Assembly (NCBI GenBank): GCA_965645245.1
Contig: OZ287084.1
Span: 248,001 to 312,000, forward strand
DNA: 64,000 bases
Source: Massalongia carnosa
Lineage: Eukaryota
Direction: 5' to 3'
Below, one piece after another: positions 42,700 through 55,285 of the stretch; position 1 is the first letter of the stretch; each line of letters begins with the position of its first letter. The notes below the pieces were generated by a model. The model was given only the letters and a program-made list of their open reading frames with translations. It did no database searches and was not told the origin of the DNA. A program made the position numbers and the translations under genes.

Positions 42700-44518
42700 A
42701 TCAAGGCATGCCTCATCTCATGCTCGATTTGTCAGGTCGTCTGTAAAGTGTCTATTCCCAAAAGGTACAATCGCTCCCAGTCTTTGATCTAATACTTATT
42801 TATAGCCAGGGCAATCGGTCCAACAAGTTTAACAGGGAAGACCAACGAACCAGTAGAACTCGCGAAGACGCCCTTCAGCACTCTTAACGAAGCTCAGCTA
42901 GTGATATATGTGAGTCATGTTTGGGCTAGAGAATAGCTATTACGCAGCTTATCGACTCCACAGCTGCCATATCTACACTGGGATAGCTACAAGAGCCTCA
43001 AAACACGAGCCGCTATCATTGAGAAGCGTAGAAATCAGGGCCAGGCTGGACGTATTGATCGCAGCATTGCTGGAGGCAAATCAATGGAGAGTAAGCTTAT
43101 ATGGCAGGGTCTTGATTCGGATCCGCCCTATCATTGTCGAAGGACGCTAGATCAATAGGGATACCCTACCTTGCGGACACCGATCTTCGAGATACAGACC
43201 AAATTTTGTACAAAAGGACAAACCTAGACAAAAACGTTCCAACTCTCAGAGAGCCCACGAAGAGGCATCTGAGGCACAGCAGCCGAGTTTTAGAAGATGC
43301 TTCTGCCAAAGTTCTGATGGTTGACCAGTTTTGGCTTTGGGTCTTGGATGGGGGTGAGCAGCTTCACTTGTTTTATCACAGTTTCCAATGGTTTGAAAAC
43401 TCGTGTATTTCTTCGTACCCCCTTTTCACATACTGAGATTATCATTAGAGACAATGGTTACCTTTGCAGCTTCAAAGGAAGAAGAGGATGATGATGGTGG
43501 CGCTTCGATGAGGGTGACGGTCGGAACATTATTCATCGAGACATCAATGGCGATTATGCAAAAAAATGCTTGGATCCTTTCGACTTCGTCGCTCTTGCAG
43601 TCTTGGTAAGTTTCTTGCAGTGATGATATGATGCCTCCCGCATTAACGATTAAACGATAGCATAATGTTAAAGAGTTGTCAGACAATACGAGCGATCTCA
43701 ACCTACAGGTGTTTTGTAATTGAGTAAACTCCTTTCCCACTGGAGTTTTGATGACCAAAAGGCTAATTATCCGTAAGGGAATATATTAGCGTCTTAGTGA
43801 GCAGCTTACTATCCTTACCCCAAATTCTAAATCGTTTTCGTTGACCATGTAGCCAGACGGAGCGCCAAACACTCAGCTTTAAGGAATTCCGTAATAATCA
43901 TACATTCAAAGACCCGAAAGATCTCGACGTCAAACGCCTCCCAAGATACGTCGACAACCGTGCGGGCCTTGACGCTCTTCTCGAACTTCGCGATATTGAA
44001 GACGAACTCAATACAATGGACAAACTGTTCAAATAGCAAAGCAAGGGCGCTAAAGACATGCTCGTTCAGTATAAGGTCTTGACTTTACACTACGGAAAAG
44101 GCCACAACGGTATCCCTCTGCTAAAAGACGTCTTGCAATGTTTGTCGGGATACATGGAGCAAATCGCAAGCATGTTAAAAGGCGCGCAGGCGGCGCAGCG
44201 GGCCTTCAAGGAGCTGCTGGACATGAAGCAGAAGCAGGCCAACATCATCGAGGCGCACCTGGCACGCAAGCAGACGAGGTGGCGGCTGACCAAAGCCGCT
44301 CCGTGATGATTTTTACTATTTTTATAATCATCTTCCTACCGCTATTATTTTTCGCATCCGTGTTCGGCATCAACGCGCGCGAGTGGGGCGGCACTCAAAC
44401 CAACCCGAGCTTACATGATATCTCTCTTTACATGGGCATCATCTCAGTGACCGTCATTTTAGTCGCTCTACTCGTGGCATTTAACCGCCCAATCAGGCGG
44501 CTAGCCCGTGAAGTTTGA
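42700..44518 (+). pseudogene. Fungal CorA-like (MIT-domain) protein pseudogene
   Basis: Fragments HARFVR, LPYLHWD, VLMVDQFWLWVLDG, DIEDELNT, LLDMKQKQANIIEA and QSRSVMIFTIFIIIFLPLLFFASVFGINA, spread across frameshifts and stops. Confidence 0.8.
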
Positions 44519-45899
44519 AAGCAGTCGGCGCGGCGGGTGCTATAGATGCTGAAGGTCCTCATACGGCGGAACGTGACACTTCGAAATGCAGGGTAAGGAC
44601 ACTGACGCCGAACCTGCTGCTAGCCTTTGTATCTTCTCAAATGAGGCATTCGAGTAAGAGCTCCAAGGAGAAGAGCGGGGAAAAGATTACCTGAAGTAAC
44701 TGAACAGCACTATCAATTGTAGAGTGATGGGTCACAATACAAATAACAGAAGACAAGATATTTGTAAGATTTAGATGAATAACTTTCATGGACTGACCAG
44801 CTCAGAAGACGTATAAGAAGTCTTCTTCGAAGTTGAATAAGTGAAGGAACGGCTACTCCTTTAAAAATAGAGGCTGATCATCAGATAATGCTTCTGGACA
44901 AAGATATCTCAATCTCAGTTTCAAATTCAGAAGTGCTTAAATGGATTGCGACTTTGCGTATTTGCTCTCTGAAGCGTAGCTGCTGATCTCTTTACAGAAA
45001 TATGATTATGGTATTGTTGTTGAATGAAACAATGATATCTACTAACGGCCGTGATTCAGCGTCGAAGCAGTCTTTCCTTTGCGTCATCCGTTATTGCTCC
45101 ATATTCATCTCAAGATCCCCGAATAACTTCTAGACTACCTCTTCTACAGTACCCTCCTCAATTAGCATGTCGGCCTGAGACCAAACACGATGCAAATCCT
45201 TGTTTGCGGTTCCTTAAGAGTACTTTCATTTGCGCCTTTATTGATCTGGAATTTGTAACGGCTGTATTCTTTTCCGTCTTTTAAAATCTTATCACTACTG
45301 TCCAAACTTGAGCCGATAGTCTTGTCGTTCATGCTAGTTTGTGTAGGCGCCGCCCTCGTTCCTAGTGAGTCCTACTCTACACCTATTGTTTCCACTCATA
45401 ATGTACTCTGGGTCTTTGAAAGCTCGACCCATCTCACCTACGCCCTGTTCATTCATTCGGGAAGAACAGTTCAACATGGTTTATCAATCGGGGAAGTATA
45501 ACGACACAACTCATATATCAAAGGGGTTTTGGAAGAAGCAATAAATTCAAACCAACACGACTACTGCTTAGTGGATGTAATGCTGAAAGGTGCATGGATT
45601 CCTTAAAAATTAATAATTGTGTTAGGAAATCTGTTGCTGATCGAATAACTTAGTTACCTAGAGGCCAACCTAATTGAGATGCTGAAGAATCATTGCTTTT
45701 TGTTAATATTTAAAGGATGATCATCAGTCATGGTTTAAATTTACTTAACAAATCCTCTGCGTTGCTACGCATGATGTTTAATAGATGCTCTGCCACAACA
45801 TGGATAATTTCCACCTAGCAGGCATCATTTACTAAAAGTTCAAGTTAGTTCAATTCTAATCCACCAAATCAATTTTCCTGCTTATATCGATCAGACACG

Positions 45900-47588
45900 C
45901 ATCATAATGATGATTTCCTTCGTTTCACGCAAGGGCGCTTGGCGGATGAAGTGCATGAGATGTCTCAACGATATACTCGTTTCAATGTCAATGAGGTGGC
46001 CATCCTTGCCACAAAAGCTGAGGGCTCAAGTTCTTGCGTTCGCATTGAAAATAAAATTATCCGAACGGCATGTACAATAAAACTTTATCTCTGACCATGA
46101 ATGTTGGCATACATGTTATGGCTAAAGTTCCCAATCCCAATGCTGGAAGGCCTCACTTTAACAGCAGGCGAAGTGGCAACAATGGACTTCGTATGTATTA
46201 CACCTCTCTTTCAGAATGATTCTGTTGAAACTCTACAGGCGCGTATTGTATTAGAAACTCCGATTCCAAAAGTCTATGCTTGGAACTCAATAGCCTAGGA
46301 GGGTGCGGTAGGTGCTGAGTATTATCATCCTGGAGAAGCTCCCAGGTGTCTAACTAGTCGTTGTATGGGCAGGTATGGAAATCGTTGATCGCTTTGCACT
46401 TGTCAAGACCATCGCTCAATATCAGAAAGACTGGACTTCGGTCTCCTTCAAAAATTTCAGGAGTCTTTATTACGCTGGTGATATAAATGCGGATACCCAG
46501 AGCCCCTTATACATCAATTGACTTGGGGATACAGTTACGGATTCAAGATTGGTTGTTGGCTCATCAACAGTTCGAAAATTCTTTGACGATGGAAGAGCGG
46601 CCGTTGTATTTGATCGTGGTCCATGTAATATTTTCCAATCAAACCTTGTGTCCAAATAGCGAATGCTTACAGTCGAGGGGACTGCGTGGAAGGGTACCTT
46701 TCAGCTGTTGGTTATCGAGAAATTGCCTGAGTGAAAAGCGTTCCTCAGCTCCCAAAATCATCAATTACGCTCTGCAGTCCAAGAGTATTTCAATCCACTC
46801 GAGCAAAGAAGCTTCAGGCCTTGCAGTACTACCTCGACATGATGAAGTATCTCATACCAACCAACTCCTCTATTACATCGTCATGCCTATGGCATAGTGA
46901 TCTTCATGTTGAGAACATATTTGTGGATCCTGAAAATCCAACCAAGGTGGTCGGAATCATAGTCTGGAATTCAACCGAGCTCATCCCTCTATTCAGCCAA
47001 GCACGCTAAGCCGTATTTTTTGGACGGCGATGGCCCTCCCCCTCCTGGGCTTGAGCGTCTTCTTCTGCCAGCGAACTTTTCAAAGCTCTCCCTAGAAGCC
47101 CAAAAGCAAGCGAAGACTATTTACTTGAACAGCTTACAGATTTCTCGTCTCCAAGTAGAATCCCACTTTATATCGTGCACTGAAGTTTTAGGAACTCCCG
47201 AGTTTTGACCTCATGCTTATTGCCCGAAATCTGCTAATTGATGGTGAAGCCATATATCTAGCTCATATCGTCGAACTGGAGAAAACATGGTCGTATCTTC
47301 CTGGTGTTCGCGCTCACGGCGGGCCGCCATTCCCCATTTAAGTTTTCTGGTGAGGAAAAAGAACAAATAGAACTCGACGTCAAAGGTTCGTTGCGTAGCA
47401 TGGAAGCAATGCGTGGGATCGAAGAGAGTCTAGGCGAATTGTTCCTAGACCGGGGTATTGTGCGAACGGAACAGTATGAAGAAACTATGGATGCACTACG
47501 GCAGATCAAAGAGCAGGTCATTCATACGTTTGCACATAATGTGCGCGAAAGGAGCCTGTGGCAGGATATGTGGCCCTTTGATGATTAA
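45900..47588 (+). pseudogene. Aminoglycoside-phosphotransferase (APH)/Aim9-like kinase pseudogene
   Basis: Fragments GMYNK, MAKVPNPNAGRPH, GEVATMDF, LWHSDLHVENIFVDP and C-terminal WPFDD; several frameshifts and stops. Confidence 0.82.
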
Positions 47589-49814
47589 AGATGGAAGGTA
47601 ATCTAGGTTAATTCCATGACCGGTAGCTATGGAAGACGAATCTCTTTCATCATAGGGCCTTGAGACAAGGCCTAGGACACCATTTCTTCGAGAATGTGCT
47701 GATGGTTAGCGGCAAGGAGTAATTATTACATTACGGCAACAAATACAGAAAACAAGGCAGCGGAAGAAGAGCCTGATGCAGCTGCAAAACATGGCTGGCT
47801 AACTCACACTGCGAGGCAGAACCACGTCTGCTTAGCATGAGCTACACACCTACCTACCCTTAAGGCTACAAGGCAGAAGGTGAAGGCATGACTTACAAGG
47901 TGGCACTCTATGGAGTCGCTGACCCAGAATCTTGCTATCTTTCGAGAAGATCGGGCAATTTAATGGTATTCGTCTGCTACATTCAAGAAAGCGAACTAAA
48001 CACCAAACCAAGAGAGGTCAGCTCCTGTTGCCCTTTTTCCTCTACAATATTAACACTTCAAAGACTTCTCATTATATTCAAATCTACAAGTTCCACAGAA
48101 AACTTTATGAATTTTCTCTACACCTTACTTCTCAGACAGCTTCCTCTTTTATCAAATACACGGCTTGGGATCGGTAGGACCGTTGCTTCAACATCAACGC
48201 AGATTTCGTCCCTACAAAATTTCGCATTTTAAGCATTTAATATGCAACCCTATGGCCTTTTGGTAGAGCTGATTAACCTAGAAAGATATCTTCGAAGCCT
48301 TTCCATAATTAAGTTTTACTCCGTTGTTTTACTCTTATTTCTCCTCTGTGCCTTGTTGGCTATTATAGGGTTATCGGTGGGCTTGCCTTTGATGGTAATG
48401 CTAGCTACGCCAGTGTATGGAGTATATCACCCATCCTTGCTGCGAGTTGCCTGGCTAGAATTCGCCAAGGGCGTTTTTCCAGTTAGTCCTATCATATAAG
48501 GGACAGTAAAGTTTTGCATTTTTCTCTCTCTCTAGTCCAAATCCACCCGTCTAGAGTGCTCGTCAAGTACAGCATCAAGGGTCGTTCCTCCAGGTCCCTA
48601 GTACACCAAGTAACCTTTTACGTGATGAAATTTCCTACTTTAAGGCCCCCAACTACTGTTTCTCGTTCATTGAAAGCACTCGAACACACCAAAGGGAGGT
48701 CTCCGCATAAAGGGTAGAGTGTAGACAGCAAAAAGGCCCACTTATATTACTCTAGAAGATAGTAGCCATCCAGATCAAGTCAATATCCTACTCCAACAAG
48801 GGCGAGCACGACATACATACATACATACTGGCGAGTACAGCACAAGCACTCACTCGCCTCCTCTCTTCCGAATACACACCCCGTGTCGTTTTAGGAAATT
48901 GTTGAGACTTATCGCCAAATGTACTCCTGTCAGAGCGTACATACGGCCTAGCTGTCGAAAAGCCGCGGTCCAGTTTCGCGTTCATCATCTATGTTTCTGG
49001 TACCATTCGTGACTCTGGGTTCTTTGTCAGAGATAACGGAGTCCAGGTTGGGCGGTCCAGTATCGCCTTGGAAGCAGAGGTGACGCGGGGGATGACTGGT
49101 GCTCCCGAGAGACTATTAAAGGTTGGATGCGGGGAGAGGGTTTAGTCTCGTGAAGATCGGCTTTCAGGGCAACCAGGTGTGAAATAGCTATATGTTCTAA
49201 TCCATACATCAGGTCGTTGCCGCTGACTGCAGGTTCTTTTGGCAGGTGTTCTGAAACGGAACGCTGATTGTTATTTTCCTTAGGCCTGAACTTAAAGCGC
49301 GTTTAGGAGCATACAATGTTTCTTGTTGAGTGTGGAAGGTTCGTATCTTGCTAGTCACAACTTCGCCTACGGAACGAGCTTCCTGCAGGCAATAAATCAA
49401 GTTGATTATCTAAAAGCAATAAAAATCCCTATGATAAGAAATCTCCAAAGCACACAGGAGAATAAACACAGTGATCGCTCTATTCACCGGGATAGGTCCA
49501 TGGTTTGTAGCGTTACAGAACGTTGATCATTCTCACGATCGAACTTTGGAGCTAGTTATATCCTTACCTCTTTTGCTTCATACTACGCTCTCCTTTGAAA
49601 CCATCTTGATGAGTTGTCATCCAGGCCGGATCTGCTGTTTGTCGCCCAGGATATCATGGATTCAACATCATGCTCGTATAAGCTAGACACGGACTTTTCG
49701 TCAATCTTGCTCCGAAGCTGTTGGTAAAGAGTGAGTATGACGGGGACATACCTATCTGCAAAGAAACCGCACGTAGCTTACCGGATTGTGCATGCTTCCG
49801 GTTCCAGCATCTCT

Positions 49815-50459
49815 TCAAATCTCCTCGTTTCTCGACCTTTCCTCCCATTCTCCCCACACCGCCAGAACGTCTTCCTCGTCTTCGATTTGCGACCTTTCCT
49901 CCCACTCTTTCCACAATGCCATGGTGTTGCTTGTGTCTATCTGGGCCTTCCCATCCTCCACAATCTTCTTCGTGATTCCCATGGTGCGGGCCCCTATCAC
50001 TTCGGTCGACTTCGAGTCGAGGAAATTGGCCTCGTCTGGCTTGATGACGTTGAGATAATAAGGATCGGAGAAGGCAGCGGTAAACTTTCCGAGGTTATCT
50101 ACCTCAAAATCTGCCATGGCCTCATAGTCTAGAGTTCCGTGGAATGGCGGGCCCGCTGCTGCAGCGATCTGCTCACGCATCTTATGAGGTGCTTGAAACT
50201 AGGCATTCGGAGAACAAGGATGTTAGCCAAGATAGACCGCGGTGTTTTGAGTTGACGACCTGGTGGGACCTAGGTTCCTCAACAGATCTCTCATACACGG
50301 GAGAAATACCAGAGTATAGCCTTTGAACCCATGCTTTATGGCCCATGGAGTTACCAAGGGTGCATGGACATTCTCCCAATAGTGGAAGAACTGCTCTTCG
50401 GTGATATCATGGCGCTTTCGGAAGAAGACGAGCACGTGGAGGGAACTTTTGGGCAACAT
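49815..50459 (-). CDS. EthD-domain (dimeric alpha+beta barrel) protein (exons 50459-50310, 50198-49815; ~177 aa)
   Basis: FFRKRHDITEEQFFHYWENVHAPL...DYEAMADF...DPYYLNVIKPDEANFLD; GT..AG intron 50309-50199 with GCTAAC branch point. Confidence 0.88.
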
Positions 50460-50628
50460 GTCAGACGACGACGATGTAGCGAGAGGCGGGGGACAATCTG
50501 ATGCGTAACACGTTTGGGAGTTACGGGGGTGCGGGGGTGGCTGAAGTGGCTGAAGGGGCTAAGTGTGGCTCATGGAAGCCTGGTATGGAGTATCAGAAGT
50601 ACTCTCTAGAACTAATCGTGCTAAGTTA

Positions 50629-52691
50629 GACCACTTTCGGAATGCAGAGAGCACCCCTCAGTGCTTACCGGCTCAAAGACGCATTTTCAACATTTTACCC
50701 CTCAACTTCGACACGTCAACAATCAACAACATAATGGTCAATTCATATTCAGCTATCGAGGATCGAATTGACAGTGCAATTGACGCGTTACACGATGGTT
50801 TGTATACTAATTGTCGAGCTGCAGCCTAGCTTTTGACGTTGCCCCCTCGTACGGTTCAAAAACGATGGAATAGAGGCAACTCCAAAAGCAGTCGACCTAG
50901 TACCAACAAAATTCTGACGGATGAGCAAGAACAAGCTGTTCGTGACTCATCGAGCGATTGGACAAGGCCAACATGTGTGCGCGACCCAAATTTATCGTGG
51001 GGGCTGCAAATTATCTGATTCGTTTTGAGAATCGTACTCTTGGTCATCAGTGGCTGAAGCGATTTCTTGATCGAAATCCCGATTTTCATGTACGAAAACA
51101 GAAGCCTCTGCCAGTCGATCGAAAAAATAGTCACGACGTTAACGATATGGTTGAATATTTCAGCAAATTAGAAAGGGTGATGAGGGAAAAGGGAATAACG
51201 GAGCTGGATGTGACGAAGCGAGAGAGTGAATAGATTTCTACCATTGCGCCACCTGTCCTTCCCGACCAAAAGGCACAATACTTAGTCCGCAGACCAAGCT
51301 CTACTACTATAACTGGGACTCCTGCTATGTTCGCTGTAGGTCCTGCCGTCCGCACCACGCATGGTCGAACCGTTACACTGGATGTATGGAATATGGACGA
51401 AACAGGCTTTCGAATTGGATGCGGACGAGCTCAAATAGTAATCACCTTGGACCCACGAAAGCCTCTTCGTATGGCTGATCCGGATAATCGTGACTACATT
51501 ACTTCTGTAGAGTGTATCAGCTCGGCCGGTGACGTTATTCAACCATTACTTATTCTTTCGGGTATTCATATTCTTCATAAATGGTGTCAACACAACGATC
51601 TCGACGGAGAGACGTTGATTGGGACCAGCGAGGCCGGCTATTCAAATGACGATTTAGCCATGGATTGGCTTCGTCATTTCATCGAGCATACACGGACTAA
51701 AAGACGTGGAGCTTGGCTACTTCTGGTCATCGACGTGTTTGGGTCTCATTCAACCATACCGTTTTTGAAGCTGGCCGCTGAATATCAGATCGTCCTATTT
51801 CGTCTTCCAGCACATTCTACTCATTTGACTCAGCCATTAGATGCAGCTGTTTTTCAGCCGTACAAACACTATCATGCTGAGGCCATTGATCATGCGATAC
51901 GAATGGGAGACACGGAATTTGGAATTTTGGAATTTTTAGCCGCATTCCAGGAATTTCGCAACAAGGCATTCAAATCATCTACTATTCGTCATACATTCAG
52001 GACCACCGGCATCGTCCCATTCAATCCGGACATGGTACTCGACGTCATTCGTCAGAAGCAAGCTGCAGCCTTGGAAATTATGAATGAACCCCGCACCCCG
52101 AGCCCCCCACCTCTTCAATTTCATGAGCGCACCCCTCGAGGCCCCGAATCAATCGGAAAATTCGGTCACAAATTGCAAAGGGCATTGACCGCGGCCGGGC
52201 CGATCGGTGGATGGATGAATAAAAAAACAGTGGACGGTTTTCAGAAATTTATTAGGGCCTCTATTACCTCCACCAACACCCTAGATTTAACTACGCGGGA
52301 CCTTCAGCAAGTGCAAAAAGCCACCACATCGCGTAAAAGTCGGGCCGCTCTCGGGGGTCAGGTAGCTGCAAAGGGTGGAGTCATAAAAGTCAGTCAATGT
52401 AGAGAATTATATTCAATTCGTCAAAAAAAAGAAGACAAAAAGGCTAGACGAAAGGAACAGAGGGGGGCTAATAAGGGGAAAAAGGCCTTATCAACCCAGT
52501 TAGACAACGTCCGATTTTTACTAGGGCAGGGCCCGTTAGTAGAATAGACTAAGCTACAGATTTTGAACCCGAAATGAAGCTATTTGGATGACTTTTCATA
52601 AAGATCTGATTTTTTTAATGTTGAGGTGTTGAAAAATGCGTCTTTGAGCCGGTAAGCACTGAGGGGTGCTCTCTGCATTCCGAAAGTGGTC
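50629..52691 (+). mobile_element. pogo/Fot1-like DNA transposon 2 (degenerate, carries a solo LTR)
   Basis: TIRs GACCACTTTCGGAATGCAGAGAGCACCCCTCAGTGCTTACCGGCTCAAAGACGCATTTT; TA flanks; WNMDETGF, LVIDVFGSH, HLTQPLD. Confidence 0.95.
51209..51377. mobile_element. Solo LTR (169 bp) in the pogo 2 transposase
   Basis: TGTGACG...CGTTACA termini; TSD CTGGA; removal restores ITELDVWNMDETG. Confidence 0.9.
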
Positions 52692-54898
52692 TAGCACGAT
52701 TAGGCTTTACTTCGGACGTTCTTGATTCGAATCGAGCCGAGTCCAGATCGACTAACGTTAACTACTTGTCAACGCTCTCACAGGCTCCGAATGGCGTTAT
52801 CGACTCCATTGTCTGCGGCTGCAGGTCCCCCGGTGCGATGGTGTGGTACTCCTCCATTTGATTGTTTAGTTCACCCTTACAGGGCTTCGCAGGTTCCTTT
52901 TTCTCGGTCTCTACAACTTGAACCGAAGCAACTTTAGATAACCTGATCCGGAGACCAGAAGACCTCATCGTCAGTCGTGCGCAACTGTACCAATATTATC
53001 GATTGGTGATCTTCAGTCGTCTCACGTTAACGGGCAATTCTCTGTCTCAAGTTTCGTGACGTCAACCAAGGTTCCAACTGCCATTGTTCCGTTCTTGTGG
53101 GTGAGCCATCTCTAGTCTTGTGAAGACGACCGCTGCAGGGCGTTCCGTCCAGTCTAGACAAGCCATCCATCCATCTCCCCCAATCAAAGTGAATCGAAAG
53201 AACACGCAAGCACTGGCTATTCGACGTCTTTCTCGCTCCAGAGATAACTCCCCGGGAACCTCAAGATTGCATCGAAGTTGGTGGGAAAGCGATCTTGCAT
53301 CATCTCATCCTTGGACGTGGCCTTGAACTGCACACTGGGCTCTGACCCCACTGTGATAACCCAATAGGCAGGTACTCTATAATCTATTCACTCACCCGGA
53401 GGAAAGACCTTCCTCACCCCCCTTCCTTAGATCAATGGTCACTAGTTAAGACGCGGAAACCTGCCCGTCTTGTACATAACTTGCATGGGCGGTATTTGTG
53501 CACACCTTCTCTTAAGGAAACCAAAGATGAAAGACTCTGCACTTTTTTGTCGTGTGTGGCACTTTAAAGGTTGTCGAATTTAACTCGACAAAATTCTTGA
53601 TGGCTGCCAGCTACACTTGAAGAATCTGGACGATACTATCGATGCAGTTGTTTTTCGCGGTACATACAAGAGTGATGCATGTGGGGTTGGGACCTTTTCG
53701 GTGAGCGGATGTCCACTCACATCAAACATAACGTCAGTATTTGTGGTTCTCGTCCTCTTCACAGCGTGCTGTCAACGTAATCACGACCTGGCACGCTGAG
53801 TGCCTTGGTGTTATCACAATCATAATGTTTTTTCGGAGTTTTGCTCAAATCACTCTGTATGGGATCTTGCGACGTGTTGCCAGCACGACTGTACGGGGTT
53901 TGACCGCCAATGACAGTGACGGTTTCACGATGCACATCATAAGGGCGTTGGCTCTCATCCAGCGGTGTCAAGTAATTGATTCTACCCACAATCCCCGCTC
54001 ACTTCCACCAAGCATAACTAAGTGGTAAAGTCTCTTACACATCATGTACGCATCTCATTAGTTCATCGGTGATTTTTCCTCTCATCCATTGATATTGGTA
54101 AGCCGACCGAATCTTATCTCGACCACACAACCCTGAAGCAAAAAAAGGAAAGAGAGGAAGAGAGCGCGAACGTATGTAATCCTGTCGCAATCTCACGTGC
54201 TTTGGCCCTAGACGCAAAGGTCAGCCCTCTCCTGCACAAGGCCCGGAATCAGGTACAAGCGTACGGGGAAAAAGGCACCGAACCCAAAGAAATCGGGCCC
54301 AGAGCAACATTCTCATTCGGCGCCGGTAAATACGTCCGTCCCTTGGTCAGGGTGAGTGTTGGTCTTGCATTGTTCGTTGGGCGCATCCGCCAAGTGGCTT
54401 TGTGTTCCATCTTCTACGGGTTTCACCATGCAGAATTCCTGTCCATTGACTAACCCCGTGGTGAATGGAGGAGGTGTGCTTTTTCCCATCATGTCATGGT
54501 GAGTTGTTGTCCCCCCTCCCCTAGATTGCCTTTGTGGGCGCCCTCTAGAGGCTTGTGGTGCTGCTTTGTCTAATGCGCGCTTCCCTTCCCCCGCCAGCGC
54601 TCATTGTTGCCCGAGCATGTTCCAAGTCGTGCCTTTTTCTTGCTTGAAACAAAGGCCTGGTCTACTCTATCCTATATAAGATCGCTCTTCCCACTTGGGA
54701 TTCCGGTTTCTCAAGCAAATCTCGAGCTTCGTACGCACTCATTATCACTTGCAAACCAAAATTTACCACTCATTTAAGCAATTCAATTCAATTCCTCTCT
54801 GATTGAGAAACCTTCGTACCGGTCATCACCTTGATATCACTACAAACCTTGCTCCTCCGCCTTCACGAATCCCCAAACCCGAACTTTCAAGACGAGCC

Positions 54899-55285
54899 AT
54901 GGCTGGCCTGTCGCTCACACTCGCTCTCTTCCTCTCCTTCCTCATCGCGTCCGTTACCCAGGCATACAGCGGCGACATGACGTATTACACCCCTGGCTTG
55001 GGCTCCTGCGGGATTATCAGCAGCGAAAGCGACGCCGTGGTCGCACTGAGCGTGTCCATGATGGCGAACGGAGCAAACCCGAACGCAAACCCAAAATGCG
55101 GGTCCTGGATCACTATCTGGAACCCGACCACACGCCAGTCAAATCAAGCCCAGGTCGTCGACACATGCCAGGCGTGCAAGTGGCAGGATATCGACGTATC
55201 GCCGAGCACGTTCAAGACCGTCGCCCCGGACGGAGATGGACGAGTGCCAGGGATTATGTGGGGTGGGAGCATGGTTGGGGGTTAG
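54899..55285 (+). CDS. Secreted RlpA-like double-psi beta-barrel (expansin/loosenin-like) protein, 128 aa
   Basis: Signal peptide MAGLSLTLALFLSFLIASVTQA; GDMTYYTPGLGSCG, VVALS, NPKCG, VVDTCQAC, DIDVSPSTF; TATATAA near 54673. Confidence 0.9.
   Translation: MAGLSLTLALFLSFLIASVTQAYSGDMTYYTPGLGSCGIISSESDAVVALSVSMMANGANPNANPKCGSWITIWNPTTRQSNQAQVVDTCQACKWQDIDVSPSTFKTVAPDGDGRVPGIMWGGSMVGG

Noticed and set aside
53540..54450. Degenerate minus-strand gene remnants (weak asaB-like oxidoreductase resemblance; RTYLPAPN...GPISLG fragment)
   Set aside because: Too fragmented to assign without a homology search.
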